From positions 1 through 64,000 of IMG/VR virus record IMGVR_UViG_3300026484_000105: a stretch of 64,000 nt of DNA; one strand, given 5' to 3'. The position numbers and the translations under genes were made by a program. Under the pieces are notes generated by a model, which saw only the letters and a program-made list of their open reading frames with translations, made no database searches and was not told the DNA's origin. This document shows positions 9,849-19,959 of this stretch, piece after piece. The first letter of the stretch is position 1. Every line of letters starts with the position of its first letter. Source of the DNA: a virus.

Positions 9849-10416
9849 CTAATCTCCTTTCATATGTTTTTATACATAATGAATGTTTTGCTGTCTTTAT
9901 ATTATTCTGACATTCTGCAAAATCAGAAACCACATAGAAGTTTTCACTCAGTAGTTCTAAGTTATCAAGCCCAACCCTTTTCATATCGATGCCCAATAAC
10001 TTTAGGAATTTATCAATCGCTAATTCTATGTTAGACATAAGAGTACCCACTAGAAGGGATAAGGCTTTACTATCCACTGAAGTCAAATCTATTGGCATCA
10101 TTTGTTCAGTATAAATTTTATCCAATAAATCTAGTATCTTTTTTGAAATTTCAAGACTACCATCGTATATAGAATTCTGTAGAATAACATTTAAACATAC
10201 ATTCGGGAATATTGAGTTAAACACATCATAACCATAAGCAGTTAAACCAGAGTCCGATGTGGTATTTAAAAGATCGTATATTTGAGAATTACTAAAGGAC
10301 TTTAGATACTGAATGTCGATTATATAAAGGTTTGTATCATATGTTATAGTAGAACATGCTATAGCATGTTCTACTAACATATTTAAAGGAAACCCATTTT
10401 CGTCTAAAACGTACAT
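9838..10416 (-). CDS. hypothetical protein
   Basis: GAGGAGG SD; overlapping-gene operon. Confidence 0.7.
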   Translation of the reverse strand: MYVLDENGFPLNMLVEHAIACSTITYDTNLYIIDIQYLKSFSNSQIYDLLNTTSDSGLTAYGYDVFNSIFPNVCLNVILQNSIYDGSLEISKKILDLLDKIYTEQMMPIDLTSVDSKALSLLVGTLMSNIELAIDKFLKLLGIDMKRVGLDNLELLSENFYVVSDFAECQNNIKTAKHSLCIKTYERRLDVN

Positions 10417-11123
10417 GCGTCCTCCTCTTTTAGTTCTAATTCAAAGTTATGTTTATTTAATGCCTCCTCATAACGTATAGCTCTTATATCCCCATACTTA
10501 TTAAGATGTATTCTTATCCCATCAAATATAAATCTATAATATGATGTATCATTTGCCTCCAGGATATTTATAAGTGGGTCTATTATGTGCTTATTTAATG
10601 CATTGTCAATTAGTATAAAATCCTCTTGTTCAATATTAGGAGCAGCAAAATCAATAAGGTCCTCTAAGTTTCCAGCAATTCTACTATTTAAAGTTATAAG
10701 TGAATTATCATCAATATCTGGTAATAGATTATTCTTTATAAGTAGGTCACCAAATGGATTAATATCTTTCTGTAGATAGTCCAGAACATCTTCTAATAGT
10801 TTAACGACTAAAATAGGATGCAGTGGTGTAATGCTAGCCATTTCTGGTTTATTCATCAGTATGTATGATGGAACTATTAGTTTACCTTTACTGTTAACAA
10901 TATCGATCTCATTACCATAAGGCAATGGTGCTGTTGGATCTATCTTATTGCCATTCTGGCTTATATAGAGACCATCATTTTCTTCAGTAAATGGAAATCG
11001 TTGTCCCTGAACATACACTCCAATTGGATGTTGATTATATTTACCAAGTATCTTTTCTATATACCTAAGAGGGGTCTCTATGTTTAATATAAAGGTACAC
11101 TCTGAATTTAATTCAACATACAT
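10404..11123 (-). CDS. hypothetical protein of the conserved polymerase-PhuZ block
   Basis: ATG at 11123 after GGAG, coupled to the upstream stop. Confidence 0.65.
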   Translation of the reverse strand: MYVELNSECTFILNIETPLRYIEKILGKYNQHPIGVYVQGQRFPFTEENDGLYISQNGNKIDPTAPLPYGNEIDIVNSKGKLIVPSYILMNKPEMASITPLHPILVVKLLEDVLDYLQKDINPFGDLLIKNNLLPDIDDNSLITLNSRIAGNLEDLIDFAAPNIEQEDFILIDNALNKHIIDPLINILEANDTSYYRFIFDGIRIHLNKYGDIRAIRYEEALNKHNFELELKEEDACTF

Positions 11124-11124
11124 A

Positions 11125-11526
11125 TTACAACTCCATAATTTGGATAGAAACAATTAAATTGCTGCCTGACAGCATCGCATCTAGATTTGCTTCAACATTA
11201 CCCTTTAATTGTATTAGATTAGGATATAAGTCATCTACAGCAGTATATACCCTTTTAAAGAATACGCTGTTTAAAAGTTCATTAAAGTCATCTAATATAT
11301 TGTTAGATGGTAGTAATGCCTCTATTGTTTGATCATTATTATTACCCATAACCTTACATAATGCTTTGATTAGTAATGTTTTCTTTATCATATTTATAGA
11401 CTTAGAATCAATATTACCTGCATTATATTTGTCCTTAATATATTCAACTAGATCAACAACAACATTGTCTAAAACGTTATTCAAATTTCTAGCATCTAAT
11501 ATCAGAATTCTGTTATCACTTTTCAT
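11125..11526 (-). CDS. hypothetical protein
   Basis: AGGAGG SD. Confidence 0.7.
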   Translation of the reverse strand: MKSDNRILILDARNLNNVLDNVVVDLVEYIKDKYNAGNIDSKSINMIKKTLLIKALCKVMGNNNDQTIEALLPSNNILDDFNELLNSVFFKRVYTAVDDLYPNLIQLKGNVEANLDAMLSGSNLIVSIQIMEL

Positions 11527-11579
11527 TAAATCCTCCTATTTTATTGGTGTTCGTCACCAAATATCGTCATTTTAAAAAG

Positions 11580-13496
11580 TTATCTTATAACATCTAAATA
11601 GGAAATTGTTTCTATATTTAACTCCTTAGCCTTATTAAGTTTATTGCCTGCTTTATTCCCATATACTACTAAATCAGTGGTCTTACTAACGCTAGATTTT
11701 ATATTGCCACCTTGCTTCTCTATAATGTCCTTAACGGCATCTTTACCAACATGCATTGACCCAGTTAAAACGACGTCCATTTTACTATACTTACCTTTTA
11801 TAGAACCACTATCTTTGGGTTTAACTAATGAGAAAAGATCCATAACATAACTTTTATTTTTCTCCATATAATTAATAAAGTTACTTGCTATCTCATCTCC
11901 TACACCATTTATTTTAATTAGGTCATCATAATTTAATCTAAAGATATCATATGAGTAAACATCACATACCTTTTTACTAACAGTTCTCCCGAAACTACTA
12001 ATACCAAGCGCTGCCACAAACTTATATAATTCTATACTTTTACTATCTTCTATAGATTTTAGTAAGTTATTTATTTTCTTATCCTGAAACCCATCTAACA
12101 ATTCAAGTTTTTCTTTGGATAATGTATAAAGATCCCTTACATCTCTAACTAAGTTAGTCTTAACTAGAGCAGTCGCTACAGATTCACCGAGTCCCTCTAT
12201 ATTCATGTAGTCTCTACCAGCAAAGAACATAAGAAATCTTATAATTCTAGATGGACAGTTTTCATTAACACATCTTATGTCAATGTCTCCAGTCTCTAGT
12301 TTTGTTTTACATTCAGGACATACAGTTGGTTTTTCAACCTTTATTTCCAAACCAGTTCTTCTATCCTTAAATACCTTTATAATTTTGGGTATAATATCAC
12401 CAGATTTTATCAGAACCACTTGATCGTTTATTCTAATGTCTTTCTTCTCTATCTCAGAGTAGTTATGTAGAGTAACGCGTTCAACAGTACTACCATCAAT
12501 GAGTGTAGGAGACAGTATTGCCACTGGTGTTATTACTCCAGTTCTACCAACCTGATCTATTATATTAAGTACTTTTGTGGTTTTCTCTACAGCTGGAAAT
12601 TTATAGGCACAACTCCATTTAGGATATTTGTTAGTATATCCATAAACATCATGTAATTTGGCGTCATCTATCTTTATCATTAACCCGTCTATTAGCATAG
12701 ATAAACTAGGTCTATGCTCTTGTACCCACTTGTATGTATCTCTAATAGCATCTATGTTATCATGTATAAAATTAAAGGGACTATGTTTAAAACCCAGGTC
12801 CTTTAATAGATCGGCTTTATATGTTTCAGACCGACTATATCCCACTATATCTTTAGAATAGATATCCCAAGGATGAAATACTAAGTTGGCCTTTTTAATA
12901 ACACTTTGATCTAAACTGCGCAATATTCCAGCTGCAGCATTTCTAGGGTTCGCATATAGTTTTTCATTATTAATCTCTTTAGCCAAATTTAATGCATCAA
13001 AATCTTTTTTATACAGAGTTACTTCTCCAGATACCTCTATGTAGTGCGTAATGCCTATACTCAATGGTATCGTATTTATCAAAATAGCATTCCCATATAC
13101 AGACTCCCCAATTCTACCATCACCCCTAGTGATTGCATCTGTAAGCACGCCTTCGTTATATATTAGTTTTAAACTAAGCCCATCATATTTAGGTTCTAAT
13201 TTAAAACTAAGTCCTTTCTTATTAGATAGCCATTTTACTAATTCATCATCTGTGAATATATCTTCTTGGCTCCACATCCTATGTTCATGTTTTACCTTAT
13301 TAAACTTTTCAGAAACTCCACCAATCCTCCTAGTTGGACTATTTGGATGAACTTTATCAGAATGCTCTTTTTCATAGTCTAAAACCTTATGATATAAAGT
13401 ATCATATTCCTCATCAGTGGCTAGTGGATTGTCCAAAACATAATACGCATGTGCCCATTTTATTAACTTTTCTACTTCTCTTTTGTAATTAAACAT
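11580..13496 (-). CDS. ligA: NAD-dependent DNA ligase
   Basis: EPKYDG adenylation motif, TRGDG, ANPRNAAAG, QVGRTGVITPVA, Zn finger CPEC...C...C, HhH repeats, C-terminal BRCT. Confidence 0.97.
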   Translation of the reverse strand: MFNYKREVEKLIKWAHAYYVLDNPLATDEEYDTLYHKVLDYEKEHSDKVHPNSPTRRIGGVSEKFNKVKHEHRMWSQEDIFTDDELVKWLSNKKGLSFKLEPKYDGLSLKLIYNEGVLTDAITRGDGRIGESVYGNAILINTIPLSIGITHYIEVSGEVTLYKKDFDALNLAKEINNEKLYANPRNAAAGILRSLDQSVIKKANLVFHPWDIYSKDIVGYSRSETYKADLLKDLGFKHSPFNFIHDNIDAIRDTYKWVQEHRPSLSMLIDGLMIKIDDAKLHDVYGYTNKYPKWSCAYKFPAVEKTTKVLNIIDQVGRTGVITPVAILSPTLIDGSTVERVTLHNYSEIEKKDIRINDQVVLIKSGDIIPKIIKVFKDRRTGLEIKVEKPTVCPECKTKLETGDIDIRCVNENCPSRIIRFLMFFAGRDYMNIEGLGESVATALVKTNLVRDVRDLYTLSKEKLELLDGFQDKKINNLLKSIEDSKSIELYKFVAALGISSFGRTVSKKVCDVYSYDIFRLNYDDLIKINGVGDEIASNFINYMEKNKSYVMDLFSLVKPKDSGSIKGKYSKMDVVLTGSMHVGKDAVKDIIEKQGGNIKSSVSKTTDLVVYGNKAGNKLNKAKELNIETISYLDVIR

Positions 13497-13529
13497 AACT
13501 GTCCTTCTTAGATTAAAAAAATATTGTTA

Positions 13530-13559
13530 GATATAGAGTAGACGAATCTACTCTATATC
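13530..13559 (-). terminator. hairpin downstream of phuZ
   Basis: GATATAGAGTAGA-CGAA-TCTACTCTATATC (UUCG loop on the minus strand). Confidence 0.8.
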
Positions 13560-13563
13560 CATA

Positions 13564-14607
13564 TTAAAATACTAAACCATTTTCATCAGGCTTATAGTCA
13601 GTGCTAATATCATCAACTGTAGCTCTTTCAGCAGCAGCTCTTATAGTTTCTATCTCTTCTTTTAACTCATGTTCTATTATAGAGAATGAGTTGGCATAAC
13701 TAACGATATGTATTGGAAATTGCCCCTTAAACATTGATATAACATTGTTGTTATCTGTAGTACCAGCTTTATAGTGTGTCAGTCCAGTAAGATTTATATC
13801 GCATGAAATATCAGGTGTAGTTATCGTTCTTGCACCAATAGGTGTAATATGGTCAGGTAGGTTAACGTCCTTAACGAAAACACCCGTACCATATAGACCA
13901 GGTTTAACATCAAAGTCAATTTCTGTTGGATCGAAAAAACGAACCATGTCTTTTTGATCAATAGATGTGTTTTCACCAGATAAGAATAATGACAATGCAG
14001 ATAAGTTTTTGAATATCTCTTTATCAGTAAAATTAGATCTCTCATCAGTTGTATTACCTACAGACTTCATATTGTCATTATAGATAATACTTAAAGGTTT
14101 TTTACACCCTTTAGAAATACTATTGTAAGTAGCTAATGTATCTAATGTATTTTTAGTCCATTGACCATTACTAGAATCACCAACAAGAACAACAGCTGTA
14201 GGTAGACCTCTATCTAAAAGATTCTTAACTAATAGAGGAGCAGCAACAGAACCAGTACCACCAGATGCAGAAGATATAACGATATAATAAGTTGATAATG
14301 TTGGTTTAGTCAGTTGTTTTTTATCAACGAATTCTTTAATACTCTCTACAATATCTGCAGCATTTTCTCTTCTTAAACCACCACTACCAAGAATATCCTT
14401 TGTTAGACAATTTGATCTTATTAAATGGAAGTTGTCTTCATCATGATCAACGTCTTTAATGTTAGATAAAGAACTATCTATATATTCAGCGCTTATCTTT
14501 GAGAAACCATCACCAAGCTCTTTTAACGGCCCCTGTAAATTATTAACGATACTTACACCTGCTCCACCACATCCAACTAATACCATTTCACCTTGAGTTT
14601 TTAACAT
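13564..14607 (-). CDS. phuZ: phage tubulin PhuZ
   Basis: GCGGAG, GSGG and SASGGTGS tubulin signature; acidic tail DENGLVF; start MLKTQG at 14607 with AAGGA SD. Confidence 0.9.
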   Translation of the reverse strand: MLKTQGEMVLVGCGGAGVSIVNNLQGPLKELGDGFSKISAEYIDSSLSNIKDVDHDEDNFHLIRSNCLTKDILGSGGLRRENAADIVESIKEFVDKKQLTKPTLSTYYIVISSASGGTGSVAAPLLVKNLLDRGLPTAVVLVGDSSNGQWTKNTLDTLATYNSISKGCKKPLSIIYNDNMKSVGNTTDERSNFTDKEIFKNLSALSLFLSGENTSIDQKDMVRFFDPTEIDFDVKPGLYGTGVFVKDVNLPDHITPIGARTITTPDISCDINLTGLTHYKAGTTDNNNVISMFKGQFPIHIVSYANSFSIIEHELKEEIETIRAAAERATVDDISTDYKPDENGLVF

Positions 14608-14618
14608 TATATTTCCTT

Positions 14619-15149
14619 TTATTTTCTTATTTCTGTTATTAGCTCTACAGCTAATTCCCACATCTCTTCTTCATGCCTCGTATCAGATAACAATTTATTA
14701 TCAATTATAGTTTCACAATAATCTAAGTATTGATGCTTCAAACATGACTTAAGTCTTCTATCTAAATTACCGTTTATACTAACCTTTTCATTAAATACAA
14801 GAAACATCATGTAGAAGGTCAGTAAGTCAGTATTTATATTTCCAGACTCACCTATATTGAAATTGATTCCCAAGATACTTTTTATCTCATTAAAATCATC
14901 AGTATTTACAAACTGACAAAAGTTATCAGCTAAACTAGTAATAACCTCTCTGCCAGCTTTAACAATCTCATACTCCTCTGTCACATTTGTATTTGTATAC
15001 AGCGTAAGATTTTCATTGTTACCAGCATTTGTTAAAGCAGCAGCTAAATATAAGACCTTTGCATCTTTAATAGATTCAATGTCTATTGGCTTACAGAATT
15101 CGTTACACTTAGATGTCTCAGCTGTTGACATCGTCTTTCTGTGCTCCAT
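14619..15149 (-). CDS. hypothetical protein co-transcribed with phuZ
   Basis: ATG at 15149 with AAGGAG SD (track start 15221 lies in the promoter hairpin). Confidence 0.7.
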   Translation of the reverse strand: MEHRKTMSTAETSKCNEFCKPIDIESIKDAKVLYLAAALTNAGNNENLTLYTNTNVTEEYEIVKAGREVITSLADNFCQFVNTDDFNEIKSILGINFNIGESGNINTDLLTFYMMFLVFNEKVSINGNLDRRLKSCLKHQYLDYCETIIDNKLLSDTRHEEEMWELAVELITEIRK

Positions 15150-15213
15150 TGTAACTCCTTTATTTTTTAATTGCACGTTTTCTATTTGCGTACAATCACA
15201 TAATGTAGAATAC

Positions 15214-15261
15214 AGATACACTGCATCTACATTAATAATATATTGTTGTTTATTTTTTAAA
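15214..15261 (-). promoter_or_regulatory. putative early promoter plus 5' hairpin, copy 2 (drives the phuZ operon)
   Basis: Minus strand TTTAAA-N13-TATATTAT-N5-TAGATGC-AGT-GTATCT. Confidence 0.6.
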
Positions 15262-16993
15262 GCTTATTTATATGTTCTATTTCAAGTCGTAACTCAATGT
15301 TACCTTTAAAAGTATTTAAGACAGGCCTATATACTATCCGTATTTTCATGTCCCTCTCTAATAGATCTTCATCAAATTTATTATCAAAGTTAAATATGAA
15401 ACTATCATATATAATGCCATGATTATCAAGTAATTTTAAATTAACATGTTCCGAATCTCTTCCAATATAAATAACTTTATGCAATGTAAAATCCCCTACA
15501 AAGAAAATCTTATTAAACTTCATACCAAACGGACTAAGTGTTTTAATTTCATTTATGATGGATTCATTAAGTTTATCGTTTTCAATCTTACCTATTACAT
15601 AGTGTACTTTTTTCGTTTCTTTTCCAGTTAACTGTTCTTTAGCCTCACTACCAAGTAGCTTCTTAAAATCATTTATTTTGTCAGCATGAACTTCACAGCC
15701 AGCAGCGCCTTTGTGTCCACCAAACTTAATTAATACATCAGGGGCTTTTTCCTTTATATTACTAAGTGCTGCGTGTAGGTCAAAATTTGGATTAATCGCC
15801 CTACCAGAACCATGGTAGCTATCGCCATCTTTAATAAACGTTACCACTGGTTTATTATACTTCTCACCAACACTACTAGAGACTATTCCATTTAAACCAA
15901 GTCCCTGAGTTAGAGTAATTACTAAGGCATCTTCATTTTCTGCATTTATACATTGCAATAATGCATTTCTAGTCAAATGTTTTTGTAACTTCTTTCTATC
16001 AGCATTTATCTCAAGAAGTTTTTCAAAGCTTATAACCGCATCTCTATATTCTTCTGCAATATAAAATTTAAATGCCGCATCAGGCTGACCCATTCTACTG
16101 GCTGCATTTAATGCTGGAACAATATTGAACCCAAGAGTCTCTTCATCCATTAAAACATTTACATCTAATAGATATTTAACAGCTTGCCATAATGGATCCT
16201 TTAAACTGTTTAGTTCTTTAAGTCCACTTATAGTTAATGCCCTGTTTATTGGATTGGATAAATCCATAGCATCGCCTATTGTAGATATTGCCACTATAGG
16301 TAACATATTATAAATATCAGCTACATCCGTATAACCATATTTCTCAGCTAATGAGTATGCAGTAAAGAATGCTACAGCACAACCAGATATAGATTTAAAA
16401 GTTTCATTTTTATCCTTTTGTGGATTCACGAATGCATCAGCTACCCTAGCAGATCCATCATCAGGTACTAAGTGATGATCAGTAACAACAACCTTAATGT
16501 TATGTTCTTGTAACATTTCTATGCTAGAACCGTTAGCGGATCCATGGTCAGCAGTTATCACTAAATTTATAGGATTTCTTTTATGCTCAGTAAGTATAGT
16601 GTTTAATAATTTAACTCCTATACCATTTCCATTCTCTCTCTTATTTATAATAACTTCTAGGTTATCAAGATTATACTTAAAAATATTTTTAAAGAATCTA
16701 TATAAAACTGCAGCTGAAGATATCCCATCACAATCATAATCAACTACAATAGCAATCCTCTCATTGTTCTTCATCGCATGTTCTATTAGATCCACAGCAT
16801 TGTCAACCTCAGATACTAAATTAAGAAAGTCTGGAATATCTCTTAATCTAGGATTAAATACAAATTCTATATCGCTAACAGACGTTAGTTTACTAGCAAT
16901 GATAGATGATTGTAAATCAGTATATCCTAATTCTATACTTTTGTTATATACCTCCTTATTAAGAGGTAGTTGTTTAATTGTTTCATTATACAT
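15257..16993 (-). CDS. recJ: ssDNA 5'-3' exonuclease RecJ
   Basis: DYDCDG, TADHG, TDHH, PALNAASRMG, GSGRA, GGHKGAAG. Confidence 0.95.
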   Translation of the reverse strand: MYNETIKQLPLNKEVYNKSIELGYTDLQSSIIASKLTSVSDIEFVFNPRLRDIPDFLNLVSEVDNAVDLIEHAMKNNERIAIVVDYDCDGISSAAVLYRFFKNIFKYNLDNLEVIINKRENGNGIGVKLLNTILTEHKRNPINLVITADHGSANGSSIEMLQEHNIKVVVTDHHLVPDDGSARVADAFVNPQKDKNETFKSISGCAVAFFTAYSLAEKYGYTDVADIYNMLPIVAISTIGDAMDLSNPINRALTISGLKELNSLKDPLWQAVKYLLDVNVLMDEETLGFNIVPALNAASRMGQPDAAFKFYIAEEYRDAVISFEKLLEINADRKKLQKHLTRNALLQCINAENEDALVITLTQGLGLNGIVSSSVGEKYNKPVVTFIKDGDSYHGSGRAINPNFDLHAALSNIKEKAPDVLIKFGGHKGAAGCEVHADKINDFKKLLGSEAKEQLTGKETKKVHYVIGKIENDKLNESIINEIKTLSPFGMKFNKIFFVGDFTLHKVIYIGRDSEHVNLKLLDNHGIIYDSFIFNFDNKFDEDLLERDMKIRIVYRPVLNTFKGNIELRLEIEHINKL

Positions 16994-17002
16994 TATGTAT
17001 CC

Positions 17003-17719
17003 TTAAGAAAAAGAGCTTCCTTCAGTATCATCACCAAACATTCTCCATATTTTATCATCTACCGTATGTAGGGGTTTAACTATATTTTCAATATGATTAC
17101 TCATTTCACCATACTTGCTGTGTAGTTGTAGTTTCTCAGTATGGTTTTCTTCAGCTATTAATTTACCTATGTTCCATAAGCCATCCTTAAATGTTATAAC
17201 CTGACTATACACGGTGCTCTTAGAATCGTGTCCACTCCATTCTAATTTACAGTTACCGTAAACTTCTAAAACAGGAGCAGGCGATGTAAAAATATTAGAT
17301 CCTCTAGATCTACCTAAACTACCCTCGCCTATAAGTTTAACATCACCACTTATATCATACGATACATCAGTATAGAATCTATTAGGAATCTCCCATAAAA
17401 CGATATAATCATTTTTATGTTCCTCCATTCTATCTGTAGATATAAAATATAAGTAATTGTTCTTGCTATCTTTTTTATGTTGTTTCTTATCGTATATTGG
17501 TAATAGTATATAGTTATTGTCATCAAAACTTAATTTATCATTACTATTAGTAGGTTTAAATAAACGTTTATCTACGCCTATAGTATATGTAAATAGTCCT
17601 TCTCCTCTACTGCCATGTTTAACGTTATAAAAAAGAGCAGTATCCTCTTTATTCTTATTTGCAATTACATCAGCTGTTACTGGCAAAAGTACGCTAGTTG
17701 TTAGCTTCTTTATTTTCAT
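17003..17719 (-). CDS. hypothetical protein
   Basis: ATG at 17719 with AAGGA SD. Confidence 0.65.
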   Translation of the reverse strand: MKIKKLTTSVLLPVTADVIANKNKEDTALFYNVKHGSRGEGLFTYTIGVDKRLFKPTNSNDKLSFDDNNYILLPIYDKKQHKKDSKNNYLYFISTDRMEEHKNDYIVLWEIPNRFYTDVSYDISGDVKLIGEGSLGRSRGSNIFTSPAPVLEVYGNCKLEWSGHDSKSTVYSQVITFKDGLWNIGKLIAEENHTEKLQLHSKYGEMSNHIENIVKPLHTVDDKIWRMFGDDTEGSSFS

Positions 17720-17823
17720 TTTATATCCTTGTATTTTTAAAGTTTTCCATTCACCTAATGTTGGTAGTACCATTTTTATTTTACCTATAACGCTTTAGTG
17801 AGAATAAAATACAAGGGATTAGC

Positions 17824-17976
17824 ATGCTTACAGTTACTAGAACCGATAAAAGAGATAAAAAAGTTGTTGTTAGTGATTATACTAAACAAGATACTACTAA
17901 ACAAACTGGTACAAAAAATAGTAAACCAGGCGCATATGGTCAAATGGCTACAGATATATTAAAAGAGAAAAAGTAA
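17824..17976 (+). CDS. small basic protein (50 aa), absent from the ORF track
   Basis: AAGGG SD; MLTVTRTDKRDKK...KEKK; TAATG overlap with the next gene. Confidence 0.55.
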   Translation: MLTVTRTDKRDKKVVVSDYTKQDTTKQTGTKNSKPGAYGQMATDILKEKK

Positions 17977-19286
17977 TGAATAGAGAACTTACTATAGAGG
18001 AAGAGAACGGTGGAGTATGGGATTCAGAACTTAATCAATATTTCTTTAGCAAAGAATCTCAACATGTAGATCAGAAGGGTATAAAAAGAGTTTTTGAAAA
18101 ATACTTCAGACATGTTAAATTTGATAATAAGTTTTTCTTAAAGATAGCACGTTTTAGAATATCATGGGCTACTAAAAATACGGACACTATAGAGTTCTTA
18201 GGGGGAAATCTTTTAGGAGTTAATCCAATAAGATTCTCGGCATTAGATGAGGAAACATTCTTTATGGATGTACTAGGTGTAGATAAAGATGAGCTTAAAA
18301 TAGAATTACACGCCATAGATGGTATCGACCCAAATAGAATAGTCACGTCCAATGTATTCTATTTAACATGCAGTTATCTGTTTCATGGATTTACTATGTC
18401 TAAAGATATTGGTAAGAGTATGGAAAGTGCTCTTAGAGAGACATATTATATATTTGCATATAGAGCTATGAGTAGTCTTGTTTCACATTATTTTAAATAT
18501 GAGGTAGAGAGACCAATAGCCATAGCAGTATATGAGCAACTTTCTAATAAATTCCTTATAAAAAAATTAGGCACTTGGCAGAAAGTATTTGAATATAGGG
18601 CAGAGGCAGTAATACCCCCAAAAGGATTGCATGCTAAACGTATAAGAACATACGAAACAGATGATGCAATGCGGATAGTAATGGACTTACAAGGTCGCAT
18701 TAGAGAAACAGTTAAAAACATTTATCCTATATTAATGGAAGTAAGAAATAATAATGAAAAAATAAAGAATACATCTTTAGACAAGATTGATATTGAAGGA
18801 GACTCAGCAATAGCAGATATAGTGGATAGACCTGATTTATATGCTATTTATATAAAAGGTATAATTTACAAGTATAATGACTTTGTAAAGAGTGATCTTA
18901 TTCACGTAGTAACAGATATGCTCAACATGACGAGTACTAAAGATATAACAGAAACGCTTATGTATATCTCTGAGATATCCATGAGTGATATAAAGCGTGT
19001 AGAGATGATAGTAGATAGTTCAATAAATGTAGCCATAGAATATCTTAGTAGAAAGAATATTCAATCCAGTTATCAAACAGATGTTATGCAAATCTTATTC
19101 TTATTAAAAAATTACTATACTGGAAGTAGGGTAAATAATAAGGATATGGATAAGATAAAGAATGCTTTAAGGGATATTTATAAAGAAGCGACTGGTAAAA
19201 AAAATAAAACCGCAGTATCTAATGTTAGGGTTGGTATAATGTTATATATTGTATTGCGAGCATTAGCTAAAAATAGTTACAATTAG
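17976..19286 (+). CDS. conserved phiKZ-like virion protein (gp032-like)
   Basis: EFLGGNLLGVNPIRF and LSNKFLIKKLGTW motifs; synteny near the terminase. Confidence 0.65.
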   Translation: MNRELTIEEENGGVWDSELNQYFFSKESQHVDQKGIKRVFEKYFRHVKFDNKFFLKIARFRISWATKNTDTIEFLGGNLLGVNPIRFSALDEETFFMDVLGVDKDELKIELHAIDGIDPNRIVTSNVFYLTCSYLFHGFTMSKDIGKSMESALRETYYIFAYRAMSSLVSHYFKYEVERPIAIAVYEQLSNKFLIKKLGTWQKVFEYRAEAVIPPKGLHAKRIRTYETDDAMRIVMDLQGRIRETVKNIYPILMEVRNNNEKIKNTSLDKIDIEGDSAIADIVDRPDLYAIYIKGIIYKYNDFVKSDLIHVVTDMLNMTSTKDITETLMYISEISMSDIKRVEMIVDSSINVAIEYLSRKNIQSSYQTDVMQILFLLKNYYTGSRVNNKDMDKIKNALRDIYKEATGKKNKTAVSNVRVGIMLYIVLRALAKNSYN

Positions 19287-19293
19287 AAAGAAT

Positions 19294-19325
19294 ACATAGA
19301 GTCTAGTTCAAACTAGACTCTATGT
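19294..19325 (+). terminator. palindromic hairpin
   Basis: ACATAGAGTCTAGTT-CA-AACTAGACTCTATGT. Confidence 0.75.
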
Positions 19326-19453
19326 TACCCTGGTTTTTTGGTAGTAACTGCATTTGACAATATTAGTCTAATTACTGTAATATCATTTATTATATTGTTA
19401 AAACCATATAGAAACTTATTATTTGAGCTAAATGAATTAAAAAAGGATTATAA

Positions 19454-19954
19454 ATGAATAAGGTTAATGGCGGTGGTAGGAATGGTTTTTATGACATTCC
19501 AGAAGAGGTCAATAATGTAGATAGTCTAGCTAAATTTCTTAAAGCTAGTGGCCCAGTTTTCAACATATTAAAGAGTTTATTTGGTCTTAGAAAAAATAGA
19601 CATACTGGTACAAGTTCTGTTAGAGATTCTGAAAAGATTATTCATTATGGTATTGAAAACTATATTTGGCAAGAGGACACCAAGGAGAATACTCATAGTG
19701 ACGTTATATATAAACTTATAACTGAACTTGAAGAAAAAGATAGGGTTAGGTTGCTTGGAAGATTAGAATCTTTAAAAGAAATATCCAAGATTACTGAAAA
19801 AGACAGTGACGTTCTCTTATGCGGTAATGCAATTAAACCAACCATGAAAGTACACGGCAGAGTAAGCGTGTCCAATCCATCTAACTATGGAACCGTTCAT
19901 GATACTATGTTGGATAGTAAGTCTGATATGGTATCTACAACAAACAATCATTAA
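19454..19954 (+). CDS. DUF3310-like hypothetical protein
   Basis: GG..FY, FNILKS...RH...RDSEKIIHY pattern. Confidence 0.45.
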   Translation: MNKVNGGGRNGFYDIPEEVNNVDSLAKFLKASGPVFNILKSLFGLRKNRHTGTSSVRDSEKIIHYGIENYIWQEDTKENTHSDVIYKLITELEEKDRVRLLGRLESLKEISKITEKDSDVLLCGNAIKPTMKVHGRVSVSNPSNYGTVHDTMLDSKSDMVSTTNNH

Positions 19955-19959
19955 ACATT

